Shown piece by piece: positions 10,811-21,107 of a stretch of DNA of 64,000 nucleotides (within the stretch, counting starts at the first letter, position 1; each line of letters opens with the position of its first letter). The stretch is from NCBI GenBank assembly GCA_963695665.1, contig CAVOHL010000012.1, forward strand, positions 16,966-80,965, in the 5' to 3' direction. The position numbers and the translations under genes are program-made. This DNA comes from an uncultured Alphaproteobacteria bacterium. GTDB lineage: Bacteria; Pseudomonadota; Alphaproteobacteria; Rhizobiales; Xanthobacteraceae. Below the pieces are notes generated by a model that did no database searches, had not been told where the DNA came from, and worked only from the letters and a program-made list of their open reading frames with translations.

Positions 10811-10975
10811 AAGGGCGTCTCCGCAGGAAGCATGAGGATGACCGTTCGGCGCAAGGAACGGGATTCTCCTTCGGCGCAGCCGCCAGATCAACGCCGTAGC
10901 GCGCGTGGAATGCGGCAATTGGCGGCTGCAAGTGACGTTATGCGTCATTGGCAGACATCACGAGGCATCTGGCTT

Positions 10976-11003
10976 ATGTCCGCTTTACTTTCAATAGCGG
11001 ACC
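10976..11003. repeat. copy of the MSA..ADI palindromic repeat family
   Basis: ATGTCCGCTTTACTTTCAATAGCGGACC (reads MSALLSIADR) with a GTCCGCT...AGCGGAC 7-bp stem. Lies in a ~47% GC intergenic stretch. Confidence 0.45.
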
Positions 11004-11231
11004 GTTTCCCGGCGGGTCTGGACTTAAATCGTCAGCGAGTTGGTCAGCGCTAAGTTTCAGGGATTTGTTCTTTGTTCCGAAAGTGAGTAGCGCCAGAATG
11101 TTGGATTTCGCGATGGCGGTCAGCATGAAATAGTCCGTGGCGTAGGACGCTCCGTTGCGCGCGGTGCTCCAAGGGTGCGGAAGTTGCACGCAGAAGCTCC
11201 GAAAATCGAATACGGGTTTATTTCGTCCGGG

Positions 11232-11943
11232 TCATTTCAGACCATCGAGCATGCTGTTGACATCCGGTGCATGCGGTCCGTCGGGAGCGAGAACAAGATA
11301 TTGTTTGAGCGCTTCCACGGTGCCGGGCGGCACAGTTAACTTGTTTTTTTTATCCAACCTTCCTTCCCCGTATAGGGAGGAGCCTTTGACGAAATAGGCA
11401 TCCGCCCTTTTCGGATCGGCGGCGATCGCTTTGTCACAAGCGGCAACGGTCTTTGCCGCCGGCTGTCCTATGTTGTACATGGTCACGCAAAGATTGAAAT
11501 AGGAAACAGCCGGATTGACGCCGAGCGCCGCCGCCTTGCTGAACGCGGCAATAGCCGCGTCGTTCTTCTTCGAGCTTCAAGTCGGCGTTGCCGATCATCG
11601 TATATAGCGCGACGGTGGCGGCCGGGGCGGCTCGGTTCTGCGCCACATCGATCGCGTGCTGATAGGATTCGAGCGAATCCGCGTAGTGACCCTGGTTGTA
11701 TTGGGCGTTGCCTAACGCCTCTGAATATTCCCAGCGCGACTCGGATGTTAACAATTCTTTCAATGCCGCTTCCGCATCCGACCACCGCTTGGCGTCAAGC
11801 GCCGACTGCGCCTTGGTCGCGAGCGCGTTGTGGTTTTCGCTTTGTGCCGACGGCAGCGGCGCGCCGACCTGGATCTGGGCCGAAACGGTCGTGGCGAATG
11901 CAAGACTGACCAGCAATGCGACAGCGCGGAGTCTTCGATGCAT
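11232..11943 (-). CDS. secreted TPR-repeat protein (one frame change near 11570)
   Basis: Signal peptide MHRRLRAVALLVSLAFATTVSAQ. TPR-like ..EALGNAQYNQGHYADSLESYQHAIDV.. joins in another frame to ..KKNDAAIAAFSKAAALGVNPAVSYFNLCVTMYNIGQP..ADAYFVKGSSLYGEG.. Confidence 0.65.
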
Positions 11944-12114
11944 TGCTTCCCCTCACCATATTCGACTAGACGACCTTAAGGAAACTGCCGCTCCCGCGCC
12001 AGGGTGGTTGCGTGGAAGCACCCTTGTCGCATAACGGACACACTGCTTGATAAGCGCGCCTTTTTCCTCGATTGAGCGCACTCGTCAGGCGCGGCGCGTT
12101 TATGAGCGCACGCC

Positions 12115-12992
12115 CTAACTGGCGAGCGCCTTCTTTAGCGCCAGGAAATCGCGCCAGGCGAGCCGCTTCTGCAGCGGGCTGCGCAGCAGGAAGGCGGGAT
12201 GGTAGGTCGCGAGCGCGCGGATTTCGCGGGTGCCGGTGTCGAATTTGAACCAGCGGCCGCGCGTCCTGGTGATGCCTTCCCTGGTCTCGAGCAGCGTCTG
12301 CGTCGAGGGTTGACCGAGGCAGACCAGGATGTCCGGCTCGGCAAGTTCGATCTGGCGGCGGATGAAAGGCAGACAGATCGCGGTTTCCTGCGGCGTCGGC
12401 GTGCGGTTGCCGGGCGGGCGCCAGGGCACGACATTGGCGATGTAGGCCTGGGTGCGGTCGAGCCCGATCGCCGCCATCATGCGGTCGAGCAACTTGCCGG
12501 AGCGGCCGACGAACGGCAGCCCGGCGATGTCTTCGTCGCGCCCGGGCGCTTCGCCGACGAACATCACGCGCGCCTGCGGGTTGCCGTCGGCGAAGACGAG
12601 CCGCGTCGCCGTCGCGCGCAGCATGCAGCCCTCGAAGGCTTCGAGGAGCGCGCGCAGCTCGTCGAGATTTTTCGCGCTGCGCGCGGCCTCGCGCGCCGCC
12701 ATGACGGCGGCTTCGGGCGCGGCCGGCGCAGCCGGCGTGAAAATCCTTTCCTTCCCGGAGCGGGAGGGCCGGATCGCGCGACGCGATCGGCGGCGGGGTC
12801 GTTGTTGCTCGGGGCTTCGCCGCGGACCGCCGCCGGGAAAGCGTGGCTCTCCGACCGCCCGCTCTCGGCGGGAGGCGACGTCGGCGCATTGTCGGCGAAG
12901 CGGTCGACCGCGACTTCGCCGACGGGCGCATCGACCCCGGCATCGAGGTAGAAGGCGAGGAGTTCGCGTGCGTCTTGGCGGGCGGAATTCAT
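12115..12992 (-). CDS. uracil-DNA glycosylase, family 4 (one frame change near 12770)
   Basis: N-terminus [26 protein letters not shown].. (ORF 12564..12992) joins ..[42 protein letters not shown].. (frame of ORF 12115..13323). Confidence 0.8.
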
Positions 12993-13051
12993 GGAGCGGC
13001 TCGAGTCTAGGCGAACCGATCAAAGCATGAAACACTTGTTTTACAGCGGTT

Positions 13052-14735
13052 GTGAATCGCGGAGCAGGCCATGAATGCAGCCGGAATGCAGCCGACCTTC
13101 CCGCCCGCGAGGCGATGGAATTCGACGTCGTCATCGTCGGCGCCGGGCCGGCCGGGCTCGCCGCGGCGATCCGGCTCAAGCAGCTCGCGCCGGAGAAATC
13201 CGTCGTCGTGGTGGAGAAGGGCTCCGAGGTCGGCGCGCACATCCTCTCCGGCGCGGTGATCGATCCGATCGGGCTCGACCGGCTCCTGCCGGATTGGCGC
13301 GGCGAGGAGATCCCGGGGCGCACCGCGGTGACCGCGGACCGCTTCTACTTCCTCGGACAGTCGGGCGCGGTACGCCTGCCGAACTTCATGATGCCGCCGC
13401 TGATGAGCAATCACGGCAACTTCATCGTCTCGCTCGGCGACGTCTGCCGCTAGCTCGCGCGCAAGGCGGAAGCGCTCGGGGTCGAGATCTATCCGGGCTT
13501 TGCCGCCGCCGAGGTGCTGTTCGAGGGCGACGCGGTCGCCGGCGTCGCCACCGGCGACATGGGCGTCGCCAAGGATGGCCACCACAAAGCCGGCTTCACC
13601 CGCGGCATGGAGCTGCGCGCCAAATACACGCTGCTCGCCGAGGGCGCGCGCGGCAGCCTCGCCAAGATGCTGATCGAGCGCTTCGGCCTCGGCAAGGACC
13701 GCGAGCCGCAGAAATTCGGCATCGGCCTCAAGGAGCTCTGGCAGGTCGCGCCGGGAAAGCACCAAAGCGGGCTCGTGCAGCACACCGTCGGCTGGCCGCT
13801 CGACGACCGCACCGGCGGCGGCTCGTTCCTCTATCATTTCGGCGACAATCTGGTTTCGGTCGGCTTCGTCGTCCATCTCAACTACGCCAACCCCTATCTG
13901 TCGCCGTTCGAGGAGTTCCAGCGCTTCAAGACGCATCCGCTCGTCCGCGACACCTTCGCCGGCGGCAAGCGCATTTGCTACGGCGCGCGCGCCATCACCG
14001 AGGGCGGCTGGCAGTCGGTGCCGAAGCTCGCTTTTCCCGGCGGCGCGCTGATCGGCTGCGCCGCCGGCTTCGTGAACGTGCCGCGCATCAAGGGCAGCCA
14101 CAACGCCATGCTCTCCGGCATGCTGGCCGCCGAGCATGTCGCCGCCGCGCTCGCCGCCGGCCGCGCCCATGACGAGCTTTCGGGCTACGAGGATGCCTGG
14201 CGCTCCTCGGCGATCGGCCACGATCTGTGGCGGGTGCGCAACGCCAAGCCGCTGTGGTCGAAGCTCGGCACGCTCGTCGGCGTCGCGCTCGGCGGCTTCG
14301 ACATGTGGACCAACACGCTCGGCTTCTCGCTCTTCGGCACGCTCAAGCACGGCAAGCCCGATTGGGCGACGCTCAAGCCGGCGGCGCAGTGCCCGCCGAT
14401 CGCCTATCCGAAGCCCGACGGCAAGCTCACCTTCGATCGGCTGTCCTCGGTCTACCTGTCCAACACCAATCACGAGGAGGACCAGCCGGTGCATCTGCAC
14501 GTGCGCGACCACGCGCTGCAAAAAGCCTCCGAGCACGACGTCTATGCCGGGCCCTCGGCGCGCTATTGCCCGGCCGGCGTCTATGAATGGGTCGAGGAGG
14601 GCAGGCGCGCCGCGCTACGTGATCAACGCGCAGAACTGCGTCCACTGCAAAACCTGCGACATCAAGGATCCGAACCAGAACATCACCTGGGTGCCGCCCG
14701 AGGGCGGCGGCGGGCCGAATTATCCGAATATGTGA
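13052..14735 (+). pseudogene. electron transfer flavoprotein-ubiquinone oxidoreductase (in-frame TAG at 13451-13453, frame change near 14600)
   Basis: MEFDVVIVGAGPAGLAAAIRLKQ.. FAD motif, then ..SLGDVCR*LARKAEALGVEIYPGF.., then ..[13 protein letters not shown].. The C-terminal [41 protein letters not shown] carries the 4Fe-4S motif. Confidence 0.85.
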
Positions 14736-14986
14736 GAAGTGTCTCGACGAATTTCGTTCTAGGTCTCGGCCTATGCGCGCAGCCGCAGCCATCCTGGCGA
14801 ATGATCGCAGGCGCCTGCCGCGATTTCGCCGCCGTTGCGGCCTAAAGGCACCAGCGGTCCTCGTGAACGAGGAAACCGGTTCTTCTTGTCGCCGATCCTT
14901 TATGCAGATCGGCGTGAGCCGAATTCGGGGGCGGCGATTAAGCGCGGGGCGGCGCGACGGCTTCGTCCTGCGTCCTTGCGGATGCA

Positions 14987-16800
14987 GTGCAAAAAGGCCA
15001 TTCTCGCCGCAACTCCCGGGCGCCCGATTCTCATTTTGCCGATGGAGCTCTCGTGACTCATTCGCTCGTGTCCTGGCACGCCGCCGCTGTCGGCGCCGCT
15101 GTCCTTTTCGGCCTGCCGTCCGCGCTTGCCGCGCAGGCGCCGACGCCGCAGGAGCTCATCCACGACACCGCTCCGGCAGCTATCTGGCGGCGCGGCACGC
15201 CGGCGTCGAGCGCGATGCCACCACCGCCTCCGCCTATTACCTCAATGTGCTGAAGTCCGATCCGCGCAATCCGGATCTGCTCGGCCGCACCTTTCTCTCG
15301 GTGCTCACCGACGGCGACATCGACGAGGCCGGCAGGCTCGCCGACCGGCTCATCCAGGTCGATCACAGCGATCGCATCGCCCGGCTGGTGCTCGGCGTGC
15401 GCGCGCTCAAGCAGAAGCAATATACGCTGGCGCGGCAGAACTTCGCGCAATCGGTGCGCGGCCCGGTCACCGATCTGACCGCGGCGCTGCTGTCGGCTTG
15501 GGCGTCGGCCGGCTCCGGCGACACCCGCGGCGCGCTCGACACGATCGACCAGCTCACCGGCCCGGATTGGTACGGCATCTTCAAGGATCTGCATGCCGGC
15601 ATGATCCTCGACCTCGCCAACAACAAGAAGGACGCCGGCAAGCGCTACGAGCGCGCCTACAAGCTCGATCCGACGGCGCTGCGCATGGTGGAGGCCTATG
15701 GCCGCTATCTGTCGCGCAACGGCAGCAAGGACGACGCGCTGAAGATCTATCAGGAATTCGACAAGGCGCTCCCCGACCATCCGCTGATCATCGAGGCGAT
15801 GAAGGAGGTCACGGCCGGCGACAAGCTGCCGCTGCTGGTCGACACGCCGCAGGCCGGCGCCGCCGAGGCGCTCTACGGCCTCGGCGCCTCGCTCGGCCGC
15901 CGCGGCGGCGAGGATCTCGCGCTCATCTATCTGCAGCTTGCGCTCTATCTCGAGCCCATCCATCCGCTGGCGCTGCTGTCGCTCGCCGATCTCTACGAGG
16001 CGCTGAAGAAGCCCGAGCTCGCGATCAAGATCTACGAGCGGATTCCGCCGTCATCGCCGCTGCAGCGCAACGCCGAAATCCAGCTCGCCATCGATCTCGA
16101 CACGCTCGATCGCACCGACGAAGCCAAGAAGCAGCTCGAGAAGCTGATCGCCGAACATCCGAAGGATACCGAAGCGATCCTCGCGCTCGGCAACATCCTG
16201 CGCGGCGCGCAAGGAGTTCGCCGCAATGCGCCGACGTCTACAGCAAGGCCATCGCCAACCTGGCGCAGCCGGAGAAGGCGAACTGGGTGATGTTCTATTT
16301 CCGCGGCATCTGCTACGAGCGCTCCAAGCAATGGCCGCAAGGCCGAAGCCGATCTGAAGAAGGCGCTCGAGCTGTTTCCCGACCAGCCGCTGGTGCTCAA
16401 TTATCTCGGCTATTCCTGGATCGACCAGGGCATCAATCTCGACGAAGGCATGAACATGATCCGCCGCGCCGTCGAGCAGCGGCCGGATGACGGCTACATC
16501 GTCGACTCGCTCGGCTGGGCCTATTTCCGCATCGGCAATTACGACGAGGCGGTCAAGAACCTCGAACGCGCGGTCGAGCTCAAGCCCGAGGATCCGACCA
16601 TCAACGATCATCTCGGCGACGCCTATTGGCGGGTCGGCCGGGTGCTGGAAGCGCACTTCCAGTGGTCGCACGCCAAGGATCTCAAGCCCGAGCCGGAAGA
16701 CCTGCCGAAGATCGAGGAGAAGCTCAAGGACGGGCTGCCCGACGACACGTCTTCCGCGGCCGACGCCGCCAAGACGAAGAAGGCCGGCAACGGCGGCTAA
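14987..16800 (+). CDS. periplasmic TPR-repeat protein (about 3 frame changes; start uncertain, GTG 14987 or 15053)
   Basis: Signal-like [29 protein letters not shown]. Long TPR region follows (..[19 protein letters not shown].. ..[67 protein letters not shown]..). Sits immediately upstream of ispE. Confidence 0.7.
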
Positions 16801-16809
16801 GGAGCGTCC

Positions 16810-17688
16810 TTGCCCGTTCCGCTCGTCGAAGAGCGCGCCGGCCAAAGTCAATCTGACGCTGCGGGTGCTCGGCCGCCGCGCCGACGGCTATCACGAGCTC
16901 GAAAGCCTGGTGGCGTTCGCCGATGTCGGCGACCGGCTGGCGCTTTGCGCCGGGCGCGCGCTCTGACGCTCGACGGTGCGCGGGCCGACCGCGGCGCAAG
17001 CCGGCGCCGGCGCCGACAATCTCGTGCTCAAGGCGGCGCAGCGCTCGCCGCGCGTGATCCCCGGCCTCAGCCTTGGGCGCTTCGCGCTCGACAAGAAGCT
17101 GCCGGTCGCCGCCGGGCTCGGCGGCGGCTCGACCGATGCGGCCGCGGCGCTGCGGCTTCTCGCGCGGGCCAACGGTCTCGCCGGCGACGATCCGCGCGCT
17201 CTACGCGGCGGCGCGCGCGACCGGCGCCGACGTGCCGGTCTGCCTCGATCCGCGCCCGCGGCTGATGCGCGGCATCGGCGAGATGCTCTCGGCGCCGCTC
17301 AAGCTGCCGCCGCTCGCCGGCGGTGCTGGTCAATCCGGGCGTCGCGCTGCGCGACCAAGGACGTGTTTGCCGGCTGGAGCCCGCGGCCGGGCGCGGCCGC
17401 TTCGCTCGACGCCGCGGCGCTGGCGCAGCTCGCAGATCCGCGGGCAGTTTCTGCAATTCCTGCAAGCGCAGGCCAACGATCTGGAAGCGCCGGCGATCGC
17501 GCTCGCGCCGGTCATCGCCGAGGTGCTCGCGGCGCTTGCGCGCGCTCCCCGGCTGCGCAGCTGGCGCGCATGTCGGGCTCGGGCGCGACCTGCTTTGCGC
17601 TGTTCGTCGTCCGCCGCCGCGGCGGCCGCGGCGGCGAAGACGCTGCAGCGGCAAATATCCGCACTGGTGGGTGCGCGCCGGCGCGTAG
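16810..17688 (+). CDS. ispE: 4-(cytidine 5'-diphospho)-2-C-methyl-D-erythritol kinase (at least 5 frame changes)
   Basis: Fragments: ..[35 protein letters not shown].. / ..[39 protein letters not shown].. / ..[24 protein letters not shown].. / ..[13 protein letters not shown].. / ..[10 protein letters not shown]. Confidence 0.75.
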
Positions 17689-17708
17689 CGCTGCGATCGC
17701 GTCACGGC

Positions 17709-18754
17709 CTAGTGCGTCCGCGCGATGCAGAAATCGACGGTCTCGGCGAGCGCCGCCTTCATCGGCGAGTCCGGGAACAGCGCCAGCGCGTCGCGGGCGA
17801 TGGCGCCGTAATGGTGGGCGCGCCCGATCGTGTCCTCGAGCGCGCGGTGCTTGGTCATCAGGCCGATGGCGTGCTCGAGATCGGCGTCGGTCGCCTCGCC
17901 GCGCTCCAGCGTGCGCCGCCAGAACTCGCGCTCGACGTCGCCGCCGCGGCGGAAGGCGAGCACGACCGGCAGCGTGATCTTGCCCTCGCGGAAATCGTCG
18001 CCGACGTTCTTGCCGAGCTTCGCCGCCGCGCCGCCATAGTCGAGCACGTCGTCGACGAGCTGGAAGGCGATGCCGAGATTCATGCCGAACGAGCGGCAGG
18101 CGGCCTGCTCGGCCTTCTGCCGCGCCGACGAGCACCGGCCCGACTTCGCAGGCGGCGGCGAACAGCTCGGCGGTCTTGGCGCGGATGACCGCGATATATT
18201 CGTCCTCCGTGGTCGCCGTGTTCTTGGCGGCGGCGAGCTGCATGACCTCGCCCTCGGCGATCACGGCGGCGGCCGAGGACAGGATCTCCAGCGCCTTGAG
18301 GCTGCCGACCTCGACCATCATCTTGAACGCCTGGCCGAGCAGGAAATCGCCGACCAGCACGCTCGCCTCGTTGCCCCACAGCATGCGCGCGGCGAGCCGG
18401 CCGCGGCGCAGCTCGCTCTCGTCGACCACGTCGTCGTGCAGCAGCGTCGCGGTGTGCATGAACTCGACCGCGGCGGCGAGCTTGATGTGGCCGTCGCCGC
18501 GCGTAGCCGGTGAGCCGCGCCATCGCCAGCGTGAGCATCGGCCGCAGCCGCTTGCCGCCGGAATTGATGAGGTGGTTGGCGACCTCCGGGATCATCGTCA
18601 CCTCGGAGCCGGTGCGCGCCAGGATGACGGCGTTGACCCGCTCCATGTCGGCGGCGACCAGCTCGACCAGCGGGTCGATCGAGGGCTCATGCGGGCTTTC
18701 GAAGGGGACGATGACGGCCACTGCACGCTTCTCCACAGAAGGACGCGCGAGCAT
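17709..18754 (-). CDS. ispB: polyprenyl (octaprenyl) diphosphate synthase (2 frame changes)
   Basis: ..[14 protein letters not shown].., first DDxxD in [22 protein letters not shown], second in [14 protein letters not shown]. Three fragments: 18080..18787, 17512..18459 and 17709..18083. Confidence 0.8.
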
Positions 18755-18794
18755 AGAAACGCTATGGTGACGCGGCAAGTGCGGCATAGTCGCG

Positions 18795-19840
18795 ATGCAG
18801 GCGACCGCCGTGCGTCAGCTGCCGACTGCGACGTGGTCGGCGGAGAGGGGCAATGTCAAGCAACGCAACGTCTTGCCGGCGGCCGACGCTCGGAACGCCG
18901 GCTGCGAAGTCGCGGTTCTGGTGCCCTGCTACAACGAGGAGCGCGCGATCGCCAAGGTGGTCGCGCGACTTCCGCGCCGCGCTGCCGGAGGCCACCATCT
19001 ACGTCTACGACAACAATTCGACCGACCGCACCGTCGAGCGGCGCGCGCAGGCCGGCGCCGTGGTTCGCCGCGAGACCCATCAGGGCAAGGGCTACGTGGT
19101 GCGGCGCATGTTCAACGACATCGAGGCCGACGTCTACGTGCTGGTCGACGGCGACGCGACCTATGACGCGCCGAGCGCGCCGGCGATGATCGCGCAAGCT
19201 GCTCGACGAGCGGCTCGACATGGTGGTGGCGAGCGCGCGTCGATCGCGAGGAGGCGGCCTATCGCCGCGGCCATCGCGCCGGCAACCGGCTGCTGACCGG
19301 CTTCGTCGCCCACATCTTCGGCCGCGCCTTCACCGACATCCTGTCCGGCTATCGGGTGTTCTCGCGGCGCTTCGTCAAGTCGTTTCCGATTCTGTCGGGC
19401 GGCTTCGAGATCGAGACCGAACTGACCGTCCATGCGCTCGAGCTCGAGCTGCCGGTCGGCGAGATCGCGACGCCCTATTACTCGCGGCCGGCCGGCTCGG
19501 CCTCGAAGCTCATCACCTGGCAGCGACGGCTTTCGCATCCTCTGGACGGTCCTCAAGCTCTACCGCGCCGAGCGGCCGCTGTCGTTGTTCGGCGGGCTCG
19601 GCATCGCGCTCGCGCATCATGTCGATCGGGCTCGCCATTCCGATCTTCATCACCTACGTGCAGGAAGGCCTGGTGCCGCGCCTGCCGACCGCGGTCCTCT
19701 CGACCGGACTGATGCTGCTCGCCTTTCTCTCGCTCGCCTGCGGCCTCATTCTCGATACCGTGACGCGCGGCCGGCGCGAGGTGAAGCTGCTCGCCTATCT
19801 GGCGCTGCGCGCGCCGGGCGAGGAACGGCGGCGGAGCTGA
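18795..19840 (+). CDS. glycosyltransferase family 2 with C-terminal TM segments (at least 4 frame changes; start uncertain)
   Basis: Fragments: ..VAVLVPCYNEERAIAKVV.. / ..ATIYVYDNNSTDRT..VLVDGDATYDA.. / ..ILSGYRVFSRRFVKSFPILSGGFEIETELTVHAL.. / ..LFGGLGIALA..IPIFITYVQEGLVPRLPTAVLSTGLMLLAFLS.. Confidence 0.7.
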
Positions 19841-19844
19841 AGCG

Positions 19845-20078
19845 ATGCGCGAACTCGTCCGCACCAACGATGCCGTGCTGATCTCGGCGATCGAGGCGCT
19901 GCTCAAGGGCGCGCACATCGCGCATCTGGTGGTCGACCAGAACATGAGCGTGCTCGAAGGCTCGATCGGAATTTTCCCGCGCCGCATCCTGGTCGGCGAG
20001 GACGCAGCTGCGATGCGGCGCGCCGGCTGCTTGCAGGATGCGGGCTTCGGCAACGAGCTTCGCCCCGATGCCGGCTGA
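19845..20078 (+). CDS. DUF2007-domain protein (putative signal-transducing protein)
   Basis: Intact 77-aa ORF. MRELVRTNDAVLISAIEALLKGAHIAHLVVDQNMSVLEGSIGIFPRRILV.. matches my recollection of DUF2007 proteins. Confidence 0.6.
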   Translation: MRELVRTNDAVLISAIEALLKGAHIAHLVVDQNMSVLEGSIGIFPRRILVGEDAAAMRRAGCLQDAGFGNELRPDAG

Positions 20079-20106
20079 TCAGGCCTGAAGACCGAGCGAG
20101 GATGCC

Positions 20107-20878
20107 GTGCTCGGCGGCCGGCTTGTGCTGCGCCAGCCGCGCGCGCGGCCATCGCGTCGGCCACGACGCGATCCTGCTGGCGGCGGCGATGCTCGGCGCG
20201 CGCCGGCGAGCACGCGGTCGATCTCGGCGCCGGCGTCGGCGCCGCCGGCCTCGCGCTGGCGCGCGCGCGTCGACGGCCTCGCCGTGACGCTGGTCGAGAT
20301 CGATCCGGATGCTCGCGGCGCTCGCCGGCGAGAACGCGGCGCGCAACGGTCTCGGCGAGCGGGTACGCGCGGTCTGCCTCGACGTTGCGGCGCCGGCGCG
20401 CCGCCTTCGCCGCGGCGGGACTGCCGCCGGGGACCGCCGACCGCGTGCTGATGAACCCGCCCTTCAATGCGGCGCAGAATCCGTCGCCCGATCGCGGCCG
20501 CCGGCTGGCGCATGCGCCGCCAACGAGACGCTGCGCGGCCTGGCTGGACGCGGCGGCGCGGCTTCTTGCGCCCGCAGCGGCACCGTGACGCTGATCTGGC
20601 GCGCCGACGGTCTTGACGCGATGCTGGCGGCGCTCGCCGACGGGCTTCGGCGCGATCGCGGTGTTGCCGGTCTATCCGAAGCCCGGTGCGGCCGGCAATT
20701 CGCGTGCTGGTGCGCGCGATCAAGGCGAAGCCGCGCGCCGCTCTCGTTGCTGCCGGGCCTCATCCTCGCCGACGCGGCGGGAAACCCGACCGCCGAGGCC
20801 GAGGCCGTGCTACGCGGCGACCGCTGTGTTGGCCTCTGGCAGGTGACTGAAACTGGTGCGACGTTGCTCAGCCGTTAG
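20107..20878 (+). CDS. N6-adenine-type methyltransferase (TrmN6/YfiC-like), about 4 frame changes; 5' end uncertain
   Basis: Fragments: ..VLGGRLVLRQP.. / ..RGHRVGHDAILLAAA.. / ..DLGAGVGAAGLALA.. / ..ADRVLMNPPFNAAQNPSPD.. (NPPF motif) / ..GTVTLIWRADGLDAMLAAL.. Confidence 0.6.
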
Positions 20879-21107
20879 GCATTCGCAGGCAATGACATCG
20901 GGCGCTGCCGGCGTCGGCGCCGCTTGGCATGATCGGCTTACGGGGAATATAGGAAAAGCCCAACAATGACGCTGATTAGCATCCAGAGCACGTATATCTT
21001 CATCGCCCGTCCGCTCCTGCCGTCATGTCCGGCAGCCCCTCTCCAAGCAAGAAGCGTTCCAGCGCGTTAAGAAACGGTTACTTGAGGACGCGGCCGGCGG
21101 GGCCTAT

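Noticed and set aside
13451-13453. Idea that TAG is read as a sense codon (genetic-code variant), because both in-frame stops (13451 and 6687) are amber.
   Set aside because: TAG terminates several well-delimited genes here: ppdK at 30087, the SRAP gene at 55510 and the 677-aa gene at 60618. Two events are too few to support recoding. The surrounding sequence also carries many other lesions.
13007-14536. A 509-aa minus-strand ORF; similarly 1030..2241 (-, 403 aa) and 42..? style antisense ORFs elsewhere.
   Set aside because: It lies antisense to ETF-QO (the 1030..2241 ORF lies antisense to the radical SAM gene). Both give featureless Arg/Ala-rich translations, a GC-driven artefact.
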